Positions 39,262 through 53,300 of a DNA stretch of 64,000 nucleotides are shown piece after piece. Within the stretch, counting starts at the first letter, position 1. Every line of letters begins with the position of its first letter. The stretch lies in contig NC_092344.1 in NCBI RefSeq assembly GCF_963676685.1, forward strand, positions 60,698,001-60,762,000. Reading direction: 5' to 3'. Under the pieces are notes generated by a model that ran no database searches, was not told the DNA's origin, and was given only the letters and a program-made list of their open reading frames with translations. Made by a program: the position numbers and the translations under genes. The stretch is from Mytilus edulis (Eukaryota).

Positions 39262-42129
39262 GTAAGTTTGTTAATACATATTTTTTTTAGAAATATTTTT
39301 AAGTTAAATATTTGTAAAATAAGTATGGAATAAAAAAATCTCGGTTAGAAATAATACATGTATGTCGGATGTTGATAAATATACAGGTAAGAAATATTTA
39401 TCTTTTGTGTGTGTATTGACTTACTGAGGCGTTTGATGTTTATCTGATTAAAATGCAGAAAATGAAATGTAACGATCTAATAATATCATGCGTCCTTTAC
39501 ACAACAAAACAGTTATATTAAATTTTATAATTACTTTCGAGTCTAATTGTTTTATGTGTTTTCGATTTTTAATTATTTTAATTTATTTTGGGGTATTAAG
39601 ATACACATCATTGAGCATACATTTGAGTGCAACGAATTATGGTCACCTTTTTGTTTTGGAATTTCGATTAATAATTTTTTAGGCTGTCGTCTGAAATATG
39701 TTATCTGTAATACAAAATGTTCCTACTGTATGCACGCCATCATTATTATTGAGTAAAGGCTAAACTGGAACTGTTTGATAAAAAACCCCAAAAAACATTA
39801 TTGTTATGCATCTGATTACTGCTACCAATTTGATCGGAATCGAAAATCTACTGGAACGATGAATGAACTGCCTTTTCTTCGCTTTTAAATCTGAAATTTT
39901 CAAAACAATGCGTTCTGTAAATCCCCCCGAATAATGCATATACCTCTTACTTAAAAATTAATGCATAATGATTTTCTGATAGAGATCTAAAAATACAAAT
40001 AAACAGGGCTTAGTTCAGGATATTTCTTGAACACAAATTAAAACAGTCAATAATTTCTTGTGATGCATACATCATGAACGTTTGGGATTCAATATTTGTA
40101 ATACTAAGTAATATATATAATTATAAAGTTTCGAAGCCCATAAGTAAAGGACACTACCAAAATCGTGGCCAGTATAGCGCAGAGTAAATATGTATATGTA
40201 TTGTACTGTTACACCACTATCTCAGTATAGGGGGAGTTGGCGCTCATTCAAATTAGTTTTACTTCGCCACATTCTGAAAGTGCCTGTCCCAGGTCGTGAG
40301 CCTCTAACTCAGTAATCATCGTTTGTTCTATATCATATTTGTTTTTCATTCATTTTTCTACATAAATAAGGCCGTTTGAATTGTTTTACATTTGTCATGT
40401 CCAGGCCTTTGATAGTTGACTATGCTGTATAAGTTTTAAAAATTGTTGAATGCCGTACGTATATGTTAATTTCTATGTCATTGTGTCTCTTGTGAAAGGT
40501 TGACTCATTGACATTGATACCACATCTTCTAATTCGTATAATAGCTAAGGATTTCAGTGTACGGATTATAAAAGTCATTGTTATTAAAGACCTTTTTGAC
40601 CAATATTTTGAACTTTTGTTTGTTCCAATCATGTAAAAGATTAAGAGAAACGTCTATCAGCAAAAAATACTTTGAAGGAAAATAAGTCAGTTGAGTTTTT
40701 ATAGGAGTTAGAGCTCTTGACTGTTGATTTTTATCCATTTTGAAGTAAAATTCTTAATTATTTGGTAAATATAGAATAACTGATCAGCAAACTAAGATCG
40801 GCAATTCCGTCAACATGGCTAAATTGTCAGTTGATTACGTATATAAGACATTGATCTGAATCTGCACCTGTTTTACTTATAAAGACATTGTGTAATTACA
40901 TGTTAGGCATAGTCAATCAGATAGCATATTGTTACTTAATGATGCATGTTTTCTTATTATGTATTTTATGTTTTGCCCCGGCCATTACTGCTGTTTATCA
41001 TTTGTCTTATGGTAAATATGTTTTCGTTACTACAGCGCTAGCATATATAAAGCTTTCTGCAATAAAGTATTCATGTATTCATGCAAGCATTTAATCTACA
41101 TATCACTAGCCTGTCAACACAGAGGTTGTGAGTTTTAACCAAGCTCATGATAAGATCGAACTCCGATCGTATTTGACTTGGGTTGCCAGTTTTCATGCTG
41201 AATGTCGGTTGTTTCTTCTGGTAATCCTGACGTCTTCCACCATGTGTATATTGAGTATATGGATTAAATTTAAATGTGTAACATTAGCAAGTGCATGGTT
41301 TGTTCAATGCTAGGGAAAGTACAACATGTACAAAAAAGACATTAAATTTACATGTTGAACATCTGCAGCTTTGAATAGAAAATCACATTGTTTGATGAGC
41401 CAGGCACTTGCACATTAGAACAATGCAGAATTTATATTATGGTCAGATTATAATTAGGCATATACAAGATGCAATTTTAAACGTAAACCATTGTCGGTAA
41501 ATGCGTTCACAGCATCACCCAATGGTCCCTACCCGAAAAGATATGTCATGTCATTGTTATCAATATTAAGATGATGTTGCCCTGCTACAAATGTAGATAT
41601 CAAATACCATGTCCAATCTCCATTGGCTATGACCTTTTCATCAGATTGATTTTGCAACTTACTACAGATTTAAAGAAGCAGGGTGTAGAACTGTATCCTG
41701 ACTTTCCTCAAGCTAGCCATCCTCGGCTAGTAAGGTCATATTAAACGTAAAAGTTATATTGAATATATGTGAACGTCGTCGTGTGGAATCTTCATTTGAA
41801 ATTTTATTAACAAAAATTGTTTATAAAGAAACAAAATAAGAGAATTTCACTTCCTCAAGATTTGATTTCTAACATGAGCAAATCGTTACCTCTGCTGTTC
41901 TTACATCACATGGTTGGAGATGTATATTTGTGACGTATATTAGCTCCACCTATTTACTTCCTAAATTCATAGCGAACCAAAGGGTATCGTAGAGTTGAAA
42001 ACAAAAGAAACAAGGAAAAAGAAATGTTAAAACACAATAAACTATTGACGAACTGATAAAAAGATAGACAAAAAAGGCAACAGTAGTATACCGATTTTTA
42101 AAAGTCGATTGAGGGAAAACAAAGATATA

Positions 42130-42368
42130 TATGTATAATGACTCTCATTTATACATTTACAGCTTATGAGCTTATCAAATACTACAAAATGATAAACTAT
42201 CGTCACCTCAACGTATCAGGAAGGATAACTCTATACTATTTTAACAACTAGGAAGTATTAAGGACATCACGAAATTTGGTGGTTGGGTAATCCTTGAGGG
42301 GTAATCCAGGTTTTCATTACTTTAATCTTCATCTTGATCTAAAAACGACCTCGGATAAAACTAGTGAT
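42130..42368 (+). promoter_or_regulatory. Putative promoter and non-coding exon 1 of gene B
   Basis: Conserved motif block, donor GTAAGT at 42369. Confidence 0.55.
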
Positions 42369-43171
42369 GTAAGTTTGTTAATATACTTTCTTTTTTTTAA
42401 ATATTTTTAAGTTAAATATTTGTAAAATAAGTATGGGATAATTTATTTTCGGTTAGAAATAACACATGTATATCATAGGTAAGAAGAATGTATATATTGT
42501 GTGTGTATTGACTAAGTTAAAATATGTGACGTTGGGTGTTAATCTGATTAAAATGCAGAATATAAAATATAACATATTAATCTAGAATCACACGTCCTTT
42601 ACACAACTAAACAGTTACAATTTATATATACTTTCCAGTCCGATTAACTAATTGATGTGTTTTCGATTTCTAATTTATAATAAATTTGTTTTGGGATGTT
42701 AAGATACACATCATTGATCAAAAATATGAGTGCAACGAAATATGGTCACCTTTTTGTTTTGGAATTTCGATGAATGCTTTTTCATGCCAAAGTATGTAAC
42801 ATGTCAGTATAGATTTAACAGGAACTGCTTGATAATAAAAATCAAATCAAAATTGTGTACACTTTAACATATAAACACTATTGTTATGCATCTACTTACT
42901 GCACCCAGTTTGCTGAGCCTCGACTTTATTGGACTTTATCTACTGACAAGATGAATGAACATGCAGGCTACATTTTTCTTTAAAATCCCTGAATTAAAAA
43001 AAAAACATACGGGCCCCAACTAACTCGTAGTTTTAATGTACCAAAAAACTATTAAAACATTTTAAGAGTACACAATTTCTTCCTGAATTGCCTTTAAAAA
43101 GTACACTTATATTTCTGTATTTCCTTGTTTGTTTGAATTTTATATGACAATTTTAGATAAACACAGACACC

Positions 43172-43631
43172 ATGGAAAGTAAATGGAAAAGCTTTCTAAA
43201 CCTCCAAGACAAAAGATACCATGTCTTTGCCAGTTATAGTGAAGATGATAGTCAATTAGTAAACGGCTTGTTACTGCCCTTTGAGAATAGTAATTGTTTG
43301 TTCTACAACCCTGATAGAGATGGGTTACCAGGTCAACCAATCATGCGCGGTCTTATCGAAAAAGGAATGGAACAGTCCAAGATTACCATGCTTTTTATCA
43401 CAAAGAATTTTCTGTCTGATGAGTTGTGTATGTTTATGGCCAATCTTGCTATTTGGAAGTATATGAAAACAAAAGGAATTCATCGAGTGCTACCAATCAT
43501 CCTTCAGCCATGTAAAATACCCAGATATCTGAAAGTTTTGAACTGTATCCATGTCTGGAAATACACATCAAGATCAAGTAATATGATGTACCAGAAACAA
43601 GCCATTGCTCGACTAACGAAAGCAATGCTAG
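43172..43631 (+). CDS. Gene B TIR-domain exon
   Basis: Acceptor ends at 43156, ACACCATGG start, donor CTAG/GTAAT at 43632. Confidence 0.9.
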
Positions 43632-46600
43632 GTAATATTTTAGATAAGCTTTGTTCGAAATTCACGATTTTCGTATTTATGTTTATTTTTTTTAATTTTA
43701 ATAAGGTACATATAGTTTTCATCGAAATTGTAATCATATCAACTTGTTAACTAGAACACATGTGACACTGAAATGAAAACCTTACTTGAATCTATACATA
43801 TTATCACTGAACAAGTATATATTTGTTTAGGGGCCAGCTGAAGGACGCCTCCGGGTGCGGGAATTTCTCGCTACATTGAAGACCTGTTGGTGACCTTCTG
43901 CTGTTGTTTTGTTTTTTCTATGGTCGGGTTGTTGTCTCTTTGGCACATTCCCCATTTCCATTCTCAATTATATTTTATATGTTTGTGTTGGTGTTGGTGT
44001 TTGTGTTTGTTTTGTTTGGTTGTTGTCTCTTTTATTCAGTTTATTTTAAGGATGATTATATTTAAGTACATAAGGAAAAGGAAGTAATTGTAGTATCATG
44101 ATAAGTAAACACAACCAGTTTATGTATATACTTCACATAGAGATATTTGTACACATCGATTACTACATATAGTATTACAAAAGGTATTGCATACAAAAAA
44201 GGACATAATGTTATAGGGTACATATGTATGTAAACATGAAACATAATAAACAAAAACCACAGTTTCATATGGCCTACAAAAACCTTTTTGAAATAAATGA
44301 AATAGAAAACGAAGAAATGGTTTAAGAAAAAACCCTCCTTAGTGAGAGGTGGACAAATGAAATAGGTTTGTAAATCTATGCTTGAAGTTCGAAAGACATG
44401 GGTTGAAAAAGAAATTTAATTCATATTTTATTTTTTATTATAATGTTCCTGTAAAATGCTGGGGAAATTCATCCAAAAACTACATATTAGCAGGTGCACT
44501 GTTCTATCTGTGCAGTTTTAAGGATCTTGATTGAAAACTTTAAGGGGAGCTATTTACACAAAATAGGGAATTCAAAACTTTTAGGATGGGAAAAAATCTT
44601 CAAACAAGTCTATATCAACAAGTCATGAACATCAACAAGTAAGCAACCCTTCGACGAGGTTTCATAGATCTGGATTGAAAACTGTAAAACTGCACTGAAG
44701 GCCCACTAAATAGTTACCCATTTTTCTCTACCAGCTCGTCCATCTTAGTGCAACCCGGCTAAAAACAACATGTTATCACAAACAACACTACCTGAGAAAG
44801 AGACTGCGTTCAATACAAATGCAAAACCAGATTGTAGCTAGTTATTTCATGAGTCTGAGTGTGGTATTTTAACACTGTGTTGCTTCGCCTAACTAAAACT
44901 CTACAACTCAATGAAAAGATAACAACGTTTTTATTACAGCTAGTACAGGGTTTCATTAATCAATACTGATCAAAACCAAGTAATATGGTATGAACAATCA
45001 AACAACTTTTGCCTTCGTAGACTTCATTGAGTAATTTACGAGCAATAAGCAATGGAATTCAAGTTTTGATTATTCTCAAAAGAAAATTGAATGCTGTGGT
45101 AGACTTATCATAATGAGTAGGTTTTTTCCTAAAGTTTTACGTAATAGCTTGGGAATAAGTCTTACCAAAAGATTTCTATTTAAAATGTGCAACCAAGTAC
45201 TAACGGAAACTTTGTTTTGCGAATGTAAAGGAGTTTAAACCCTTTTGTATCACGTTTCGTAATTCTTACAATTATCATTTATTCTATTATAGAACCACCA
45301 CCAAAATTTAGACGAATAAGATGGAATGGAATAAAAACACTGACGTGGACACGTAATATTGTTGAAAAGGTAAAGAAATCGGCATTGAAAGAAAAAGCTT
45401 CAAATCAATTAAAACACAACATCAATCCATTTCAATTATGGCGATTAACTGGTGTTTTAAAACATTGCTTTCTAAACTGCCGGTACGGTCATTGTTCATT
45501 TGCTTGCAGTGGAAGAGAATTCACCAGATTCATAAGCCATGCAAAAGTATGCAGATATAAACCAACCAAGTGTCCAAACAAAGCTTGCCAGACTTTCCTC
45601 CCGAAATGGTATGTCGATAAACATGTCGAGGAGTGTCTTCACACCTGGATAACTTGTCCATCAGTTGGATGTGGAGAGACAATCACAAGATATGAAATAA
45701 AACAACACTTGTTAAAATGTAAACATCGTTCCATTATTTGCCCAAACCACCATTTTGGATGTGACCAACGACTAACAGGAGAGAACGCTTCCAAACATTC
45801 AGAGAACTGTTCATTTGCTTTAATTCTTTGCAATAAATGTGGTCAAGCAATGATGAAAAAAGGCTTACATGAGCATGAAAAGTTTTGTGTAAAGTCTGAA
45901 ACAAAATGCAAGCTTTGTAAAAAGACGATGCTTCGTGAAGAAGAGCGTTTTCACTTGGACGCTTGTTTAATGGCGGACGTCGCATGTCCCAACATAGACT
46001 GTGGATTAACAATGGCAAGATACAAAATTTTACAACACAAGTCAATATGCTTACACGCAAATATCAGTTGTGCAAATTCTGGAAGGGGATGTAAAACAAG
46101 AGACAAACGAATTAATATACAAATTCATGCAGCATCATGTCCATTTCGAATGTCACAGTGTGAGTTTTGTGGGAGAAAATTGACTTTCAAGAAACTTAAT
46201 TCCCACATAAAAAGATGTCAGACGATGAAGAAATGTCTTTTATGCGGATTGATGGTTCCAAGGTAAAATTATTTTAATGTATTCTAAGAATAAATAAGAC
46301 CTTAACCAATTTCCAAAATAAAAAGTATACACACAGGTGGCTAATGAACAAATGACACGATTATATATCACATCTAGTGCTTCGGAAGAACAGTGCTATG
46401 GTAACTGCTTATTTTACAGGTCTAACTGTTTATCCATTCAATAACCATAGGTTAACTGTTTGCATATTATTGTTTATTGTTCAATGATCAGATTGAGAAC
46501 AAACCTTTTTTTTTTTATCTAGCTTAAAGTAAAAGATTGCAAAGCAAATTTAAGGTCGATATAGCACGTGGTATGAACTGCGAATCGCAAAAAAGGTTAA

Positions 46601-49600
46601 TTCTATCATGGCAATGAAACAAGAAATAGCAAAGGCAACATTAAAATCTTCACACTAGCAATCAATGTTATATGAAAATGCATTCAAGTTATATGTTAAA
46701 TTTTAAGGAATCTTATTAATATTTTTGAATTTGTCCTACAGATCAACATGGGGAACACATGAGCGCACTTGTCCAAGGAAGAATTGGCAGTCATATTGTG
46801 ACGTGTGTCATAAATTAGTGAGAAATGACAAAAAAGAAGACCACAAAGAGTTATGCATGGAACATGCTCACACTTCTCAACAATATGCATCTGCAGTAAG
46901 CCATTTTCTATTACAAATGTAGTAAAAGTGAAAAGTAAATCAGTTGTAGGCTCCAAACTATTGTATGTGTGGTACAGTGGTAGTATCATAAAGGGAAAAC
47001 GGACAGGAGTTTACTTTATCCTATGTTCACAGTTCACTACAAATGTTGTTTTCGCAAAAGGCGCAAAAATACTTTACCTTTTGGAGCATCAACTTAGGGA
47101 CGACATCAAAAGTTCAATGTAGGATAAAAAACTTAATTCACATAGTTTTTTCACTGACCCCCACCCCCCCTCTTAACTTAATTTGGGAAAAATTGATTTA
47201 CCAATAGGGATATATGTAAAAATCGATTTTAAATATACAAAACTTGCAGAATTTTAACCCCCCACCCCCAAACTATTTGATTTAGGTTTTTTTTTTATCC
47301 TACATCGATCTTTTGATGTCGTCCCTTACTTTGAACTATTTTTCTTCGTACTGCAATAAAAAGGTCACGTGAAATAAAAGCTAATGTGATGTTATGTTGA
47401 GATAAAATGTTATGTAATATCAAAAATAAATATTAAAACTTACCATAATTGCGGTCACTTCCATTTTAGACAAAAAACGCCTAAAATTAGCACAATTGCT
47501 CAAATTATGAAGATTTCATTATTATTGCATGGCATAATGATACTTTTACCTGATGCATGACAAGTGTATCAATTGTCAAATACAGATTACATTGTATTTT
47601 ACAATAGCTATCTACTTTGAAAAAATTGCTATAATTTACATTATCATCAACTTTGTAAAAACCCTAGATTTATGGGCCCAAAATGTCTTACCGGGCCTAC
47701 GCCTTTCGGAATTGTTTCATGTGCATGAATGTGAACATAATAGATACTTTGCATCATGTACTGATAAAGACGAACTTATCAGTACTTGGAACCTAATTTT
47801 CCCATACAAATTATTTTGTATTTTGCAGACATGCGGATCTGACAGTTTAATTGTCGCTGCCGGAGCTACACATTTCAATATGCCTGTTACCTCAGAAACC
47901 AGAAACCAGATCGACAGTAAGTTTTCTCGGGTTTTTGATTGTGTGTTGGATAATCACTCCCAATACATGATAGTCTCCTCTCTAGTTACTTTACGATAAG
48001 TGCATGAACTCGTCGGTTCAATTGAAAGTTTTGCCATATTAAAGATTTAAAAATTATCATTTAATGCTTCGCCAAAAACGCAACATTTGGGAGGGTGTGG
48101 AAAAGGTTTACCGAATAGAGATTAATAGACAAAATGTGCAGAATAGAGGGCATCCATATATAGAATAGAAAAAAATAGGCCCAAAAAATAATGAATGGAA
48201 AATAAGGGGGTGCTTAGATATAGTAAGAATAGTTAATAACAGACCAAATTTATAAAGAATATTGATATAAAAGATTAAAGAATAAAGAAATGAAGATTCT
48301 CGTATATCAGAAGGCTAAGAAAACAATTGGTCTGCTCAAAGTTGAATCATGAATTATACATGTAGTGGATATTACCATTGGACGTAAATTAACCATACTT
48401 TTTCCTTTTTAATTATTCAAATTTCTTGTTTATAGACCCTACATTATGGAGTAAAATAAAACCATAATATTAATACAAAGAATTACTGCTTTTATAGAAA
48501 AACATTTTGATATTATACCTTTTTGTACTTCCTTGTTACATATTTGCTTGTTTTTATAGTTATTAAGATTAAAAAACAATGTAGACTGCTGTACCCTTAT
48601 TATGGACATTTTTACCTATTATTTCTATATAAAATAGAAGATGTGGTATGATTGCCAATGAGACAACTCTCTACAACAGTCCAAAAGTACACCGAAATTA
48701 ACAACTATTGGTCACCGTACGGCCTTTAACAATTAGCAAAGCCCATACCGCATTATCAGCTATAAAAGGCCCCGAAATGTTTGTTTTGTTCATAATGATT
48801 CTTCGTTGTCATTATTATGGAATATGATGCGACTGTCATACAAGTGAGATGTTTAGCTAGCTATAAAACCAGGATCAGTCCGCCATTGTCTACATAAGAA
48901 AATGCCTGTACCAAGTCAGGGATATGACAGTTGTTATCAATTCATTTGATATATTTGAGCTTTTGCTTTTGCCATTTGATTATAAGGGAATTTTTGCTTT
49001 GAATTTTTCTCGGAGTTCAGTATTTTTGTGATTTTTAATTTTCTCTAGTCGCATAAGTTCAGGCATTTATTCGACTGAATAAACAGTTCGTCATAAGACA
49101 AAAATAGCAAATTATTTATTTGTATAAAAAAGTGAGATAGTGGTTCGTCTTGGACAACATAATTATGTACTTAATAAATTGTATTTCCTTATTTGCATGT
49201 ACTGTTGAATTGCTAACAATATTAATATAATAGCTAATAAAACGAAAAGTGGGCTAAACGGTAACAAAAATGTAATTCAGCGAAATAAACAAAAACCTAG
49301 GGGATCATAACTTTTATTTCATTTATTTATCTTAGGTGAGACGATATTGTACAAACGTCATTCTAATGGAAAACGAACAGATTCCGATAAACGGTATTCC
49401 AGACATAAAAGTGACAGCTCAGATGATGGCGGACCAGAGAGCATGGAAGCGTATGTAGCAGCCATTATGAGCATGCACGATATCCCAGTTACCGTAAATG
49501 GACACAAGGAAGACTTCGAAAGCTCCGAACTTATTGGAGGGAGTCATTGTGCAAAGTCAAGGAAAACTTTTACCGGCATTTTGTCAGCAGCAAGTTCTTA

Positions 49601-49682
49601 CAGCGTGAAAGATTTGGAAATACACAAAGCCTTTGATTCCGACTTCAAACATTTCCATCGTCAGAGGGACTTTTACTCGTGA
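43172..49682 (+). CDS. TIR-domain + TRAF-type zinc-finger array protein, paralogue B (about 672 aa); join(43172-43631,45293-46262,46742-46895,47829-47916,49336-49682)
   Basis: GT-AG junctions with phases 1,2,0,1 as in A; 2019 nt open to TGA. TIR domain plus 11 zinc fingers. Confidence 0.85.
43822..43970 (+). mobile_element. Retroelement 3' tail fragment in a gene B intron
   Basis: Reverse-complement relative of 10692-10835, ending CATTCCCCATTTCCATTCTCAATT. Confidence 0.6.
45293..46262 (+). CDS. Gene B TRAF-type zinc-finger exon (970 nt)
   Basis: Same length and phase as in A; donor CCAAG/GTAAAA. Confidence 0.9.
46742..46895 (+). CDS. Gene B exon (end of finger 10 and intact finger 11)
   Basis: CTACAG acceptor, STWGTHERTC..YCDVC..DHKELC, donor GTAAGC. 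Confidence 0.8.
47097..47325. mobile_element. PIF/Harbinger-type (Tourist-like) MITE
   Basis: TIRs GGGACGACATCAAAAG / CTTTTGATGTCGTCCC, with TTA on both sides. Confidence 0.8.
47829..47916 (+). CDS. Gene B small exon
   Basis: TTTGCAG / GTAAGT, phase 0 to 1, as for A 32749-32815. Confidence 0.65.
49336..49682 (+). CDS. Gene B terminal exon
   Basis: CTTAG acceptor in frame with ORF 49347-49682. AATAAA at 49812. Confidence 0.75.
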
Positions 49683-49893
49683 CGATTTCCAGTCAGTATT
49701 AAGAGAAAATAACTATGTGACGAAATTAAAGTATTGAATCATCGTATGGGCGAGTTATGTTCAGTTTCCTGGCTATGATGGCAATTAAAAATGAAAACAA
49801 AAATGGTGTTTAATAAAAAAGAGTTGCTTTTTATGTGCGCATTTTGGTTTTTTTTTCCAAGGATAATATTCCGCTTGATAGTCGAGTTTATGG

Positions 49894-51531
49894 TTTTTAT
49901 ACGACCGCAAACATTTTAATTTTTCGTAGTATATTGCTATCACGTTGGCGTCGTCGTCGTCGTCCTTCGTCGTCGTCCTGCGTCGTCGTCGTCGTCGTCC
50001 GAATACTTTTAGTTTTCGCACTCTAACTTTAGTAAAAGTGAATAAAAATCTATGAAATTTTAACACAATGTTTATGACCACAAAAGGAAGGTTGGGATTG
50101 GTTTTGGGAGTTTTGATCCCAACATTTTAGGAATTAGGGGCCAAACAGGGCCCAAATAAGCATTTTCTTGGTTTTCGCACTATAACTTTAGTTTAAGTAA
50201 ATATAAATTTATGAAATTTTGACACAAGGTTCATGACCACAAAAGGAAGGTTGTGATTGATTTTGGGAGTGTGGTTCCAACAGTTTAGGAATTAGGGGCC
50301 AAAAAAGGGCCCAAATAAGCATTTTTCTTGGTTTTTACACCATAACTTTAGTATAAGTAAATAGAAATCTATGAAATTTAAACACGAGGTTTATGACCAT
50401 AAAATTTGTGGTCCCGATTTCAAATTGGTCTACATTAAGGTCCAAAGGGTCAAAAATTGAACTTTGTTTGATTTTGACAAAAATTGAATCCTTGGGGTTC
50501 TTTGATATGCTGAATCTAAAAATGTACTTAGATTTTTGATTATTGGCCCAGTTTTCAAGTTGGTCCAAATCGGGGTCTAAAATTAAACTTTGTTTGATTT
50601 CATCAAAAATTGAATAATTGGGGTTCTTTGATATGCCGATTCTAACTGTGTATGTAGATTCTTAATTTTTTGTCTCGTTTTCAAATTGGTCAACATAAAG
50701 GTCCAAAGGGTCCAAAATTAAACTTAGCTTGATTTTAACAAAAATTGAATTCTTGGGCTTCTTTGATATGCTGAATCTAAACATGTACTTAGATTTTTGA
50801 TTATGGGCCCAGTTTTCAAGTTGGTCCAAATCAGGATCCAAAATTATTATATTAAATATTGTGCAATAGCAAGAAATTTTCAATTGCAGAGTATTCAGCA
50901 ATAGCAAGAAATCTTCAATTGCACAGTATTGGGCAATAGCAAGAAATTTTCAATTTCACAGTATTGAGCAATAGCAAGAAATCTTCAATTGCACAGTATT
51001 GTGCAATAGCAAATATTTTCAATTGCACAGTATTGCGCAATAGCAAGAAATATCTAATTGCACAATATTGTGCAATAGCAAGAAATTTTCAATTGATTGG
51101 AGTTATCTTTCTTTGTCCAGAATAGTAGTTGAATCAACTTAAATCATTGTTTTATACAATATACAATGTATATTCACTTTTACTACCAACTGATAAATTA
51201 AAACAATCTTTACTATTCAGTGATAACAAGCACTTGTTTTACATTTTAATATTTTATGATGTATTTAAATGAGTAGTTATTGCTATTTCTTCAATTATTT
51301 TGAGAGGATTAATATTCAACAGCATAGTGAATTGCTCAAAGGCAAAACAAACATTTTAATTTCATTAGACCACATTCATTCTGTGTCAGAAACCTATGCT
51401 GTGTCAACTATTTAATCACAGTCCAAATTTAGAGCTGAATCCAGCTTGAAAGTTGTGTCCATACTTGCCCCAACCGTTCAGGGTTCAACCTCTGCGGTCG
51501 TATAAAGCTGCGCCCTGCGGAGCATCTGGTT
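49894..51531 (+). mobile_element. HINE with (GTC)n, longer internal repeats and a 35-36 bp minisatellite (50857-51095)
   Basis: Subterminal IRs TTTATACGACCGCA / TGCGGTCGTATAAA, 3' hairpin then CTGGTT. Confidence 0.8.
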
Positions 51532-51690
51532 GCAATTAAAATAATAATAATTTTTTACAAAAAAAGACAACAACAAAACCCTCAACGGACACAGTGAAAA
51601 TCCAAGGTAACGTTTGGTAGGGGCAGAAGTTTGGGAATATTTATTTTTCGTTCGGAAAATGTGTGACACAACATCTTTATATAGACTAGC

Positions 51691-51823
51691 AGTCATTATT
51701 AAGTAAAGGTATACTACCCTCCTTTCGAAGTAGTCTAGTCTTACAGACAGATAGATTGATTATCTGTCGGACTAGTCTACTCTTAAAGAAGGGTAGTGTA
51801 CCTAACCTAAATTAATAATGACT
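51691..51823. repeat. Imperfect palindrome (about 130 bp, MITE-like)
   Basis: AGTCATTATTAA..ACTACCCT..TAGTC / GACTA..AGGGTAGT..TTAATAATGACT. Confidence 0.6.
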
Positions 51824-53300
51824 TCGCGGTTAAGCTAACAAGCAAGCTAACCAAGGATTCTACTTTTTCCTACACACTCAATGCAATCGGCTGTAAATCA
51901 TTATTTGTTTATAAAAACCTCCGATAGTTTGTTATATTACGAAGTAGCTTAACTATAAGGTTTCATAGCTATTTACAAAATATTTAAATTACTTGACTAA
52001 CAGCATAGTTTCCCAAAGAATAGTTAGCAGCACGGGTTCCACGAATTGGGTTCAAACTCATGAACGTTTTCCTCAGTTTTGAGGCCTTTAGCTTTTAAGT
52101 TAAGATTTATTCCGAATGAACAGATTTTCCTATATGTTCTACGATAAATCAGTACTACGATTGGATATCTAAGCTTAAGTGGTTTATGCAAATCAGCCTT
52201 TGTAGTGATCACTGCATGTAGATAAACTGCTTCGACTGACGAAACCTCTGTATTATTTCGTATATTTTTGAAATTCCACGCAAAGCATATTTCAATATGT
52301 GTTATAAATTTTGTTGTCGTTTCCCGTAATTTATTTTGTGCATTACAAATTAAAATGAATACACGTCTTCGTTTTAACTATTAATTCGTATGACGAATGT
52401 TATGTTTATTTTTTTTAATCCGAATAAATTTAAAAGTTGACAATCTTATAAATATTAAAATGAAAGTCAATACTTTGTCTATCAATTTTCGTAATTTGGG
52501 GACTGTTACGACCGGATGAAAAGCATGTAGAACCTTTCAAAATTGAATATAAATTATTTTTAAAAGCCCCTCGCTCTAAATTTCATAGTAAGTACCTTTC
52601 TATACACTAACCAACACATAAAACAGAATAATTAAGAAATTCATGTAACTACAGATTAAGCAATTATTGTTCATTGTAAAGATAATCTGATAAAACTGTC
52701 TTTGACACGTAGATACGAAGTCCATTATCGGATTAGTAGAAATATACATTTTTAACCAAAAGATAATTATGTGGGAATATTTGAGCTAATAATCAACAAT
52801 TCAAAGATATAATAATTAAAGTCAGAAAGATGATCATAGTCCAAATAATTAACATGCTTTTCATCCGGTCATAACTGCACCATTTGTTTAAGCCCTCCCC
52901 CTTTTTTAATTTTCTTTTAATTCCATGCTTGTTTGTCGTTTTGTTTTGGATATAATAACACAAATATTATATAAACGAAGTGTATACATTTTACTATCAA
53001 TTCCTTCTGTATTATGCGCAGCGGTCACTCATAAAAAATAATGGATTTTAGACAAAAGGGGTGTGTATTATAAGAAGAAGTAATTAAACCAACGGCCTTC
53101 ATCAATTATTGTAATATAAGAAGGAGGTTAATATTCACATAATGTAACATGGTCTGCATACTGATCTTTCCCTCAGACTTTCAACAGAAAAACAACATAT
53201 GCGAGAGCTGATTTTTTGGTACTTACATGTTAGGGAAAAACAGCTGTAAACAATGCCTAGGATGGTGCATGCATGGCATTGGTGTCGATGTAAAGGCAAG

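Larger units (their letters stand above)
34560..43000 (+). repeat. Tandem duplication of the A-B intergenic spacer (34560-39900 vs 40044-43000)
   Basis: Colinear similarity throughout, except two insertions unique to copy 1 (35456-36519 and 37691-39040). Confidence 0.85.

Noticed and set aside
50857-51095. CRISPR-like array of 35-36 bp repeats
   Set aside because: Head-to-tail minisatellite without unique spacers, inside a HINE, in eukaryotic DNA with no cas genes.
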